From Brevibacillus phage Jenst: a stretch of 24,000 nt of DNA. Both the position numbers and the translations under genes were made by a program. The notes under the pieces were generated by a model. The model ran no database searches, had not been told where the DNA came from, and saw only the letters and a list, made by a program, of their open reading frames with translations. This document shows positions 1 to 7,985 of this stretch, in pieces. The stretch lies in sequence record NC_028805.1; one strand, written 5' to 3'. Each line of letters starts with the position of its first letter. The first letter of the stretch is position 1.

Positions 1-24
1 TATAATAAATACAGGAGTCAGGGG

Positions 25-549
25 CTAGCCCTGACATACCTGCTTGAGCATCTTCATTGCGCGAGACGCATGAGACTTATCCAATCCTAAGAGGTTAGAT
101 ATTTCAGTAGGCCTCATGTCCATCCCCTCTTCGGTGAAGAGCATGAAGTCGATAACGCGACGTTGCTGTGGAGTGAATTTAGAGATATTGTTAAGATAGT
201 CATTTTTTACTTCAGACAACTCATATCCCATTTCTACTGACTCATGAGAGAACGTATCAATTGTTGAACCCTTCTCTTCGTCTGCGCCGTCACTGTAGTT
301 GACTAATACGCTATTTTGCACAATCATTCGATTTTTCTTACGGTAATAGTCAAATACAGTACGCTGAATAACAGTACGTAAACAGTTAAACAAGTTTTTT
401 TTGATAACCCCCTTGTTAATCACTGTTAAAACACGTACAATAGCGTCTTGTTTAACATCTTCACGATCACGTCTGTTAATGTCTTTTAGGCAGAGATTGA
501 GAATAGGGTTGAGAGAGTTAATGTCAAAAGTAGCTACTGTAGTTTGCAT
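25..549 (-). CDS. RNA polymerase sigma factor-like protein (phage sigma-like)
   Basis: The ORF has a sigma-region-2-like segment (DREDVKQDAIVRVLTVINKG...RTVFDYYRKKNRM) and a region-4-like C-terminal HTH (FTPQQRRVIDFMLFTEEGMDMRPTEISNLLGLDKSHASRAMKML). The listed start is 564, but the ATG at 549 (MQTTVATFD) sits behind GGAGG, so I prefer it. Confidence 0.7.
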   Translation of the reverse strand: MQTTVATFDINSLNPILNLCLKDINRRDREDVKQDAIVRVLTVINKGVIKKNLFNCLRTVIQRTVFDYYRKKNRMIVQNSVLVNYSDGADEEKGSTIDTFSHESVEMGYELSEVKNDYLNNISKFTPQQRRVIDFMLFTEEGMDMRPTEISNLLGLDKSHASRAMKMLKQVCQG

Positions 550-635
550 ATATAATACCTCCAATGTATTATGTGTAATGTTTTGCCTTCTACTATTTGT
601 GGTCGTTCTATCTAATAGAAAAGGTGCGAAGCTTT

Positions 636-1724
636 CTATCTAAATAGTCCGCCAATGAAATTGACATTTACGATATCTAACTTGTCGAGCAATCCTGCTT
701 GGAGCAATGCATTCGAATCTTTGAAGTCAGGGAACTTGGGATAAACCACGTGGTTAACAATGAACCCCGCCTTATCCAGCATTTTTGTAGCGTCTTCTGT
801 TCCCTTCTTCCCTGCCGTGTCGTTATCAAGCATCAGGTCTACTTCTGTAATACCTGCTAACTGAAGCTCACGTACTTGATTGAAAAATAAAATACGTCCA
901 TTGATGGAGACAGCAGGGATTCCAACCTGATAATTTGACATGCAGTCGGTAGGAGACTCTACTATTCTCACTCTAGTGATCCGGCTAGGTGTGGTTCTAA
1001 GTTTATTAATGAGATGAAGGCCAAAGACGATGTCCTTTTTAACAGCACTGCCCTCGTTGATAAACTTAGCACCATGATAGCTACTACCAATTTTTCGTTT
1101 TTGCACAAAACGTAACTGTCCTGTTCTAGTTCTTTGAGGAAACACAATCGTCTCCGTGGTAGTATCCACGCAAATTTCGTAGGTCGCTAGAGTACGGTCA
1201 TCGAAGCCACGTTGCTTCATGTACGCCATAGCTGTTTGATAAAGCCGCTCGTTCTTGCATCGAGAGTCTTTCATTTCTTGCAAGACGGCTTCATCTAAGC
1301 ATGGAATCTCATAGCTGTTCCTGCGATTTTCGATGTATGCCACCATGTCAAACGTTTTTCGTTTTTCCTCAACAATGTAAGTAGACAGGAGTACCTTTAT
1401 CCCCTCCCCTTCTTCTAAGTCCAAGGCACTCTCTATCATCTGATCTACTGTGCCTAGATAGCCGCAGAAGAAGCAGTTGCAATGATAAGGAGCATCCTTG
1501 CTTATGCCGAAGGATGGGTGGGTCTCAGGGTGATTAGGACAACAACTCATAACCCAATCTCCTGTGTCGTTTAAGCGTGCAAAAGCATTTGGGTTTATGT
1601 GGGCTTTCTGTAGGTGCTGGTAGGAAAAGCGTAATTCATCTAGCAACTCTTCAGGGTCTATGTGCAGTGATTCAAGGAGTTCAATGTTTGGATTCTTCTC
1701 TTTATTGAGATTGAACTTAATCAT
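636..1724 (-). CDS. DNA primase, CHC2 zinc finger plus Toprim
   Basis: Zinc-finger-like CCPNHPETHPSFGISKDAPYHCNCFFCG, and Toprim-like VRIVESPTDCMSNYQVG...INGR with VDLMLDNDTAGKKGTEDA. It sits next to a DnaB-like helicase. Confidence 0.88.
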   Translation of the reverse strand: MIKFNLNKEKNPNIELLESLHIDPEELLDELRFSYQHLQKAHINPNAFARLNDTGDWVMSCCPNHPETHPSFGISKDAPYHCNCFFCGYLGTVDQMIESALDLEEGEGIKVLLSTYIVEEKRKTFDMVAYIENRRNSYEIPCLDEAVLQEMKDSRCKNERLYQTAMAYMKQRGFDDRTLATYEICVDTTTETIVFPQRTRTGQLRFVQKRKIGSSYHGAKFINEGSAVKKDIVFGLHLINKLRTTPSRITRVRIVESPTDCMSNYQVGIPAVSINGRILFFNQVRELQLAGITEVDLMLDNDTAGKKGTEDATKMLDKAGFIVNHVVYPKFPDFKDSNALLQAGLLDKLDIVNVNFIGGLFR

Positions 1725-1903
1725 TTGCCCTTCACCGTCACTGTCCCGTCCGAGCCGATCTCTACTAAATCGTTCTCATGAACATCTATGTGGAGTGTAG
1801 CGTCTTCAGGTTTCTTCGGTGAGTCTTTAGTCCACCCAAGAAAGTCCAAGCCCCTACGGTACGCTTTGACGCCTTGTATGGTCGTGTAAAGATGAATTCT
1901 CAT
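1721..1903 (-). CDS. hypothetical protein, 60 aa
   Basis: ORF between helicase and primase, overlapping the primase start by 4 nt (translational coupling). No recognised family. Confidence 0.55.
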   Translation of the reverse strand: MRIHLYTTIQGVKAYRRGLDFLGWTKDSPKKPEDATLHIDVHENDLVEIGSDGTVTVKGK

Positions 1904-1916
1904 AGCTTGCCCTCCC

Positions 1917-3209
1917 CTAGAAATACTGTTCGCCTATACTATCATCAAGAACAGAGACCAACCCAGTCTCAAAGTCATAGCGAACAAGAAACGACTGACC
2001 ACTTGCATTGTTGCGATTTTTAATGACCAAAATTCTGAATGTGTTATCGCTCACCTTAACAATGGATACGCCTTTGGAAGCATCCTGTACGATGGAAAAT
2101 GCTTCACCGATATCTGTTGCGTCCACGTTTTCGGTTGCGTCCTTCTTAATACGCCGTAGGGCGTCACGATTGGCTTGAGCAACTACCATTGCTGGCTTTT
2201 TCGTGTCAAGAATGATTTCCCGAACTCCTGCGGACACATCAAAGAGTCGTTGTCTTAGGTCTCCACTGCCACGTGAAGTAAGACGAACTTTAGAAAGCTG
2301 GTCAAGAGTCCAACGATTGTGACCTTCTCGTTCGAGTATGCGGTGTATTTCGTCAAGCGTGTAAGGCTTGCCGCCGTTACTATCAAGGTCATAAATTACC
2401 ATGTCTTTTTTCTTTTGCTTAAGACGGTCAAGGAAGTCAATGTACAAATCCTTAGACTCATCAGACATTGTCCCACGGGTCAATGCTAAACGGGATACTC
2501 TCGCCAAAGTGTTATCCCAGTTTAAAGCGATTTCTGAAGCCCTCTGCTCTAGGGCAAAGTACGCTGGATAGTCGTCTGCCAAACTACTATTCCACGCTGA
2601 TGCCATCATGAAGGATGAAATGAGCGTTTTTCCCATGTTTGTTGGAGCAAACACCAAGAAAAAATCAACTGCCCCCTCTTGAAATTCCAGCCCATTGGTT
2701 GCCAAGTCAAGGGGCTTAAATCCAGTAGTAAGTCCTATGATTTCATCCTTTGCCCGGCCATGAATCTTCAAGTAATCTGCTTTACGTTGTTCAGCATTCC
2801 CAATATACGAATACCCTTGACCCCTTAAGCCAATGGATTTCAGGAAACGCCCTGAGTCCATTTGAAGCTGTTGGATGGCCGCCGTTGTTTCCCTACTAGC
2901 AAACGTATTCGATGCAGATACGAGAATTGGCTTGAACTGCCTGTACAGGTACTCTTCTCTAATGGCCTTAACTACATGGTCAACATTTTCCAACTCTACT
3001 AATTCAAAAGTGTTGAATTTGTTCATTACAGTTTCTATTGTTGGAAGATGACCATTCTCCTTTTTGAACCGCCTAACATACTCAAAAGTATCCTTGTGTA
3101 CCTGAAAGTGGTTTTCACCAAAACCTGCATCTTCCACCACTTCCCAATCTTTCTTTTCCAGCACATGGTTCAAAAGCTGTAACTCTTCAATTGCCCCCAC
3201 GTTCATCAC
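1917..3209 (-). CDS. DnaB-like replicative helicase
   Basis: TTGFKPLDLATNG..., Walker A-like FAPTNMGKTLISSFMM, and RecA-fold features (KKPAMVVAQANRDALR, GEAFSIVQDASKGVSI, LVIKNRNNASG). Primase neighbour. Confidence 0.88.
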   Translation of the reverse strand: MMNVGAIEELQLLNHVLEKKDWEVVEDAGFGENHFQVHKDTFEYVRRFKKENGHLPTIETVMNKFNTFELVELENVDHVVKAIREEYLYRQFKPILVSASNTFASRETTAAIQQLQMDSGRFLKSIGLRGQGYSYIGNAEQRKADYLKIHGRAKDEIIGLTTGFKPLDLATNGLEFQEGAVDFFLVFAPTNMGKTLISSFMMASAWNSSLADDYPAYFALEQRASEIALNWDNTLARVSRLALTRGTMSDESKDLYIDFLDRLKQKKKDMVIYDLDSNGGKPYTLDEIHRILEREGHNRWTLDQLSKVRLTSRGSGDLRQRLFDVSAGVREIILDTKKPAMVVAQANRDALRRIKKDATENVDATDIGEAFSIVQDASKGVSIVKVSDNTFRILVIKNRNNASGQSFLVRYDFETGLVSVLDDSIGEQYF

Positions 3210-3360
3210 TCCCTTTTACCTACTCACTGTTGATGGTCGTTGTATGGGAGTGAAGAGTTGCGAAGTAGTCGCCTACATAATGATGAAAAATTCTTTCAAA
3301 AATCCCTGCCATTAGCAAACTACTCACATAAATGCGAACCTTTGTTCGGTTTTTTAATAT

Positions 3361-3405
3361 TACCATATTACCCCATAATCCGTCAAACAATGTTAATTGT
3401 CTGAC
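3361..3405 (-). promoter_or_regulatory. candidate minus-strand promoter with overlapping dyad operator
   Basis: Reverse strand reads GTCAGACAATTAACATTGTTTGACGGATTATGGGGTAATATGGTAATATTA. TTGACG is followed after about 18 bp by TAATAT. The dyad GTCAnACAAT-TAAC-ATTGTnTGAC (3382-3405) overlaps the -35. It lies upstream of the 3209 helicase gene. Confidence 0.45.
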
Positions 3406-3447
3406 TTATTATGAGCATAAAAACCGTGGGTGATAATCCCGCCATAG

Positions 3448-4488
3448 TTAGACGGGAATACCTACGCCACGGAAAGCCGTGAGCAATGCTTGTGCGTCCT
3501 GTTGCTTCTCATTTTGTGCGTGAACATCGTCCCTCAGCTTAAAAAAGTGTCTCCACTGCCTCAATGGGCGAGTGTCGATGTACGTAGAGTGAGTTGCATT
3601 AGGCAGAACAGACCTTGCCAGTTCTTTAGCCCTTAGCTTGTTGTGGCCATTCGCCTCCGCCCACTCTCTGATCTTATCGTAGGAGAGAGCAATAGTATCC
3701 ATAATATCTCGATACTTGACTTGAAGTAGACCGTCAGCTTCAGTGTAAATTACTGTTTCATTTTCCAAACCAGTTGGAGTCCTATACTGGAAATTAGACA
3801 TTGTGACATAACGTTGGGAAATTTCGGAGCGGCCCATCATATCAGTGTGACGGGCGTCCTGTAGGGACATTGCTCTGTCGGAAACGATCTCAACGGTAAG
3901 GGTCGTATGCATATCCAGTTCGTAATCCGTCAAGCCGATTTCCTTCAATGCAATATAATCAGATGACATGACCGTTGGCTTGAGTAGGTCAGTATCACGG
4001 TTTAAGTAAGGGTTTTCACCGCCATCAATGTGGAATTGGTCGTCAGCAAACCAACGCAAGGCGGGAACGTTGAAGATTGAATTTGTCAAGGATTTGAACA
4101 ATTCTCCCTCTTTCGCTTTAGTAAAATGAGGGAAAGATTTAGAATTGGTCTTTAATCCGAAAAAGATGTCAAGATAGGTGAGAATATTAAATGAAACTAC
4201 TATATCCCACTGACTGCGGTGGTCTCTCGACCAACGGATATAGTTGTTAATTTCCTTAAATGTTACCAGTGATTCTAGTATATCATGGCGGTCATCCTTG
4301 TCAACGAATTTTAAACCGAAGACGATATTGCCGTGTCCTGCTATTGACAGATGGCCTTTTTTCATAATTCCACGAATAAACTTATGACTTTCTTCTCCGC
4401 ATTTGTCGAAACTTTCATAACACCGTCTAGCGGCAAACTCTACCAATTTATGATACTGTGGAGTAGAATATAACAATGTAACGTGCAT
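3448..4488 (-). CDS. thyX: Flavin-dependent thymidylate synthase (ThyX), divergent
   Basis: N-terminal AARRCYESFDKCGEES...GHLSIAGHGNIVFGLKF, signature-region TVEIVSDRAMSLQDARHTDMMGRSEISQRYVTMSNFQYRTP, and C-terminal DTRPLRQWRHFFKLRDDVHAQNEKQ. Confidence 0.85.
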   Translation of the reverse strand: MHVTLLYSTPQYHKLVEFAARRCYESFDKCGEESHKFIRGIMKKGHLSIAGHGNIVFGLKFVDKDDRHDILESLVTFKEINNYIRWSRDHRSQWDIVVSFNILTYLDIFFGLKTNSKSFPHFTKAKEGELFKSLTNSIFNVPALRWFADDQFHIDGGENPYLNRDTDLLKPTVMSSDYIALKEIGLTDYELDMHTTLTVEIVSDRAMSLQDARHTDMMGRSEISQRYVTMSNFQYRTPTGLENETVIYTEADGLLQVKYRDIMDTIALSYDKIREWAEANGHNKLRAKELARSVLPNATHSTYIDTRPLRQWRHFFKLRDDVHAQNEKQQDAQALLTAFRGVGIPV

Positions 4489-4498
4489 TGTAACCCCC

Positions 4499-5263
4499 CT
4501 AGTAGTTGTAAATATTGCCTGCTCTTCTATCTCTACCGCCTAATGGAATGACCATAGTATTATACAACATTCTGGACACCACCATTTCCCCCAACATATC
4601 TTCATTTTTCAACAAAGAATCGGGGTAGTTTGACGTGAAAATTGTTGATTTTTGTTCCTCTTTGCGATAGTCAATCACATCATAGATGAGGTCACGAATA
4701 ATAGGAGTAATACGTCCCGATCCGATATCGTCCAGTACGAGCAATGGAACGTCCTTCATTTGATTGAGTTCTTTATGCGCCTCATACGTGAACTGTTCAT
4801 CATTACGTGTGTAAATATCCCGTTGCCTATTCGCCCATGCTCCAAACTTTACGTAAAGAGCGACCGGATTCTCAAAATCGAACCACTCAGGGTCACGGCA
4901 TGTCTTGTAGATGAACTCGTTCAGAACAGCAGTGGCAGTCCATGACTTGCCTGTCCCTTTTCCTTTGTTGATTAACGCAAGATTCGTACCGGAAGTAACA
5001 AACCCTACAGGGTTTGTTAATAATTTTTTGATTATATCTGCAAATTCCATGTTATCAGAATCGGTAACATAGTGGAACAGATTGGCAGTCCTATATTCCT
5101 TGGGAATCCTTGCTAATTCTAGCGCCTTTGTCAGCTTCTCATAGCCCACGCAAAACGATTGTATATAATCAGACGGAAGTTTTATCTCTCCCTTCCTTAG
5201 TTTACACCACTCTTTTACGACACAGCTCCCGCACGTACTAAATAACTCTGCCTTATCGGTCAT
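4499..5263 (-). CDS. DnaC/DnaI-like helicase loader ATPase
   Basis: P-loop NKGKGTGKSWTATAVLNEF, Walker B-like VPLLVLDDIGSG, sensor-like KSTIFTSNYP, and an N-terminal Cys cluster CGSCVVKEWC...FC. Confidence 0.82.
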   Translation of the reverse strand: MTDKAELFSTCGSCVVKEWCKLRKGEIKLPSDYIQSFCVGYEKLTKALELARIPKEYRTANLFHYVTDSDNMEFADIIKKLLTNPVGFVTSGTNLALINKGKGTGKSWTATAVLNEFIYKTCRDPEWFDFENPVALYVKFGAWANRQRDIYTRNDEQFTYEAHKELNQMKDVPLLVLDDIGSGRITPIIRDLIYDVIDYRKEEQKSTIFTSNYPDSLLKNEDMLGEMVVSRMLYNTMVIPLGGRDRRAGNIYNY

Positions 5264-5272
5264 AATACCCTC

Positions 5273-6310
5273 CTACTCCTGCATGATTCGTTTCAGAAAC
5301 GCCTCAGCAGACATCCCTTTATTCTCCTGTTCAGCAGTCTCCACCATCTCTTTCTTCTCTTTTGCCTGAAGATAGTAAGGCTTCTTCCCTTCAGACAGAT
5401 AGGTTTCGATCTCAGTCATCCTGCCCGTAGTACTAAAAATTTCGATGGAGGGAGATTCATAGCCCATTTGAAAGAATGTATCAATATACTGCCTAGCTTT
5501 GGTCTTACTATCAGACAGATTCCTGATAACTCTGCCAAGCATTCCTCTGTGTTTAGCACGAGCCTCCTCATGCGGTTTACCTACAAGAGATAGATATCGC
5601 CTGTAGAAATAAGTGACAAAATGGTTATTTGTCCATCTATCAACATCGTCCGGGAGTAAGAACTTGCCCTTTCCGTTTAGTGCATCGTCGCCTAATACAT
5701 TTTCAATTGTATCTGGTAGCTTCTTTCCCCTATTGGGTAGATTTAGCATAGGTCTGCTCCCCTCCTTCACGTCATCAAGCAGTCGCTTCTGAAGCCCTGC
5801 CTCCATCTCGCTGTTGACAGGTAAGCGCTTGAACTCTATCCCTTCTTTCCTCATGATACAATCCAAGAGTTCATCGAACTTGTCATCTAGGTCGTCATAA
5901 AATTTAGGCTCTAGTTCCTTTTTTACCTCATTAAAGACCCTCCAAAACATTTCCGAAACATGCAAGTGCTCGATCTTATCAGCATCTACGATGTAGTAGG
6001 TGTTTGTCCTGCCATTCCCGTTTCGCTCTCGTATAATGAACCCTTTGTCAACCAGTTCATCAATGTACTTGGTAGCGGTCTTTGGTGTAACACCACAAGC
6101 CCGTGCAATACGCTTCATCGAAGGGAAAGCGGATTTTCCATGTTCAAACACATAGCCGGAGATAACCCCATAGGCGATCTTTGCAGTGGCCGATAACATA
6201 AGACAGTGTACAATCATACGTGGGAGCTGGACATGCCCCCTATTAACTGAGTCGTGGTAAACAAATTGTTTTTCACTAGATAGCTTCACCTGTCCTTTAT
6301 AGTCATCCAT
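5273..6310 (-). CDS. HTH-containing replication initiator/DnaD-like protein
   Basis: Winged HTH-like segment LSATAKIAYGVISGYVFEHGKSAFPSMKRIARACGVTPKTATKYIDELVDKGFIIRERNGNGRTNTYYI, directly upstream of the loader. The listed start is 6322 (GTG). The ATG at 6310 (MDDYKGQV) has better spacing to GGGAG. Confidence 0.68.
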   Translation of the reverse strand: MDDYKGQVKLSSEKQFVYHDSVNRGHVQLPRMIVHCLMLSATAKIAYGVISGYVFEHGKSAFPSMKRIARACGVTPKTATKYIDELVDKGFIIRERNGNGRTNTYYIVDADKIEHLHVSEMFWRVFNEVKKELEPKFYDDLDDKFDELLDCIMRKEGIEFKRLPVNSEMEAGLQKRLLDDVKEGSRPMLNLPNRGKKLPDTIENVLGDDALNGKGKFLLPDDVDRWTNNHFVTYFYRRYLSLVGKPHEEARAKHRGMLGRVIRNLSDSKTKARQYIDTFFQMGYESPSIEIFSTTGRMTEIETYLSEGKKPYYLQAKEKKEMVETAEQENKGMSAEAFLKRIMQE

Positions 6311-6552
6311 TGTTGTAATCACTCCCTACTCTTTCTGGTCGCGCCAAGTATGTACAAAGTTGCGAGAAAAGATAGTCGCGAACACTAGTTCGATAGGAAG
6401 TGTATAGAAAAGCACGATGTTAAAGAAGACATTTTCGTGGAGTAATTACTTAAATAAATGTCAACTAGGTATCGTGCTGTGATTAGTAGTGCGATGTAGT
6501 GTTGTGTTGTGTCTTAGTGTGTTGTTTTCGTATTTTCATTTTTGGTAAATTA

Positions 6553-6587
6553 ATAATATCACATGTTTATGGGTATTGTCAATACCC
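6553..6587 (-). promoter_or_regulatory. palindromic promoter P1 (minus)
   Basis: Palindrome GGGTATTGTCAATACCC at 6571-6587. Reverse strand TTGACA (6577-6582), 18 bp, TATTAT (6553-6558), with the AAACATG box in the spacer. Confidence 0.7.
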
Positions 6588-6602
6588 CATAAAGGGGCTA
6601 AA

Positions 6603-6622
6603 GACGGACATAGCTGTCCGTC
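6603..6622 (-). terminator. hairpin, possible terminator
   Basis: GACGGACA-TAGC-TGTCCGTC, a perfect 8-bp stem. On the minus strand it is followed only by a short TTT, so it is weak. Confidence 0.4.
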
Positions 6623-6683
6623 ATGCTACTATTCTGCTATTTCCTTTGTCCACTGGCTGGATAATCGTCTACTTATGCGTATT

Positions 6684-6863
6684 CTAGCTGATCGCAGAAA
6701 ACTGCATGTTTTTATACTGGACACTCAGCAATTCACTCTCTGTAAATCCACCATCTTCCAAAGGGTAGATTCCTACAATCTCATCTTCGCTGTCAATATA
6801 CCATGTAACTAAATAGACTTTACTCCTCCTTTTGTTTAAGAAAATATCTCTGATTTGCTTCAT
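6684..6863 (-). CDS. small hypothetical protein, 59 aa (below the ORF-track cutoff)
   Basis: My reading: MKQIRDIFLNKRRSKVYLVTWYIDSEDEIVGIYPLEDGGFTESELLSVQYKNMQFSAIS*. It starts 6 nt after the stop of the upstream ORF. A strong AGGAGG lies inside the ORF with no canonical start just after it. Confidence 0.4.
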   Translation of the reverse strand: MKQIRDIFLNKRRSKVYLVTWYIDSEDEIVGIYPLEDGGFTESELLSVQYKNMQFSAIS

Positions 6864-6869
6864 TGCCCA

Positions 6870-7142
6870 TTAACTTAAATGGATAGTGCCAATTGCTTCA
6901 ATTTCTTTCTCAGTTGCTTCTTGATTATCTTCTACAGCTATCCATCCCGTACCAAAGTTCTCATTCTTCCCTAATTTCTCAGCTAGTTCAAACACATCTA
7001 ATCCAATTTCCTCTTCAATTTTTTCTTTAGCCAATTTGATAATTATGTTTTCATCAATATTTACACTAGATGTAAGTACAGTTGTATGTAATGTTGTATA
7101 AGGCTTAAGCATGAAAAATACTGTCCAACTATTAGCTTTCAT
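6870..7142 (-). CDS. hypothetical protein
   Basis: ORF listed as 6870..7181. MKANSWTVFFML at 7142 is preceded by AAAGGAATGTCACT and avoids overlap with the upstream ORF. Confidence 0.6.
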   Translation of the reverse strand: MKANSWTVFFMLKPYTTLHTTVLTSSVNIDENIIIKLAKEKIEEEIGLDVFELAEKLGKNENFGTGWIAVEDNQEATEKEIEAIGTIHLS

Positions 7143-7161
7143 AGTGACATTCCTTTCAAAA

Positions 7162-7353
7162 TCAATTCTCTTTTGATACATTAAATTCTACAGGCTTTTC
7201 TTTGGCACATTTATGACATCTTCTTCTTTCAGGGTAATACAAACCAATAATATCAGAGGGAGTAGGCAGAATGTGACCGCACTCCAAATAGTCTTCTAAA
7301 TATTCTCTATAAAGGACTTTCTTAAGTGGGTATTTTCTTCTATCTGGACGCAC
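7162..7353 (-). CDS. small putative zinc-binding protein, 63 aa
   Basis: CGH...CHKC pattern in MRPDRRKYPLKKVLYREYLEDYLECGHILPTPSDIIGLYYPERRRCHKCAKEKP. Same-strand neighbours. Confidence 0.55.
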   Translation of the reverse strand: MRPDRRKYPLKKVLYREYLEDYLECGHILPTPSDIIGLYYPERRRCHKCAKEKPVEFNVSKEN

Positions 7354-7386
7354 TTACTTTCACCTACTTTCATATTCATTATACCT

Positions 7387-7617
7387 CTAATACTCATTAC
7401 CTTTCATGCCCTCAAAATCTTGTGACTCTAAAAAATCAGTGAAGGAATCAGGGGAGTTGGTCATTTCACAGCTATCAATTAAATAGTCAATCACACAACC
7501 ATTATGTATATTATTTTTAATCAACCAGTCTCTAATGATATCATCATTCTGTCTAGCAATACTACTATGCTTTGCTTTCTTTTTAATTGCATCTTTAATG
7601 TATTTTGGGACTTTCAT
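7387..7617 (-). CDS. hypothetical protein, 76 aa
   Basis: ORF with strong upstream GTGGAGGAG on the minus strand, in the small-gene cluster. Confidence 0.6.
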   Translation of the reverse strand: MKVPKYIKDAIKKKAKHSSIARQNDDIIRDWLIKNNIHNGCVIDYLIDSCEMTNSPDSFTDFLESQDFEGMKGNEY

Positions 7618-7645
7618 TTTTACTCCTCCACTCTCAATGAAAGTT

Positions 7646-7819
7646 TTATTTACTCATTCTTTTTAATATCTCATCTTCTGACCACTTAATTAATTTTTCG
7701 ATTTTAGGAGAGAGGTAATTAAGCCTGTCTTTATGTGCTAGAACATGGAACTTTAAAAGAAACTCATTAGACCTTGACTGTACTTGCTTCTTTGTAGTTC
7801 TATCTAGTGTCTGTCTCAC
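7646..7819 (-). CDS. small hypothetical protein, 57 aa (not in ORF track)
   Basis: My reading, GTG start: MRQTLDRTTKKQVQSRSNEFLLKFHVLAHKDRLNYLSPKIEKLIKWSEDEILKRMSK*. AGGAAGG is upstream with long spacing. It fills an otherwise empty gap. Confidence 0.4.
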   Translation of the reverse strand: MRQTLDRTTKKQVQSRSNEFLLKFHVLAHKDRLNYLSPKIEKLIKWSEDEILKRMSK

Positions 7820-7985
7820 AAATTCATTTCACACCTTCCTCTATTTCACTGCAATTCCTTTAGACCTCTATAACAAGTGCCGCTATGTTAAAACTGTCAG
7901 CATAGTGACACTTGCAGTATATCGGCCCTTCTGAATTGCTTCATTACTTATAAGTCATATTTTCTTTAATCCGGGGGCTAATATG

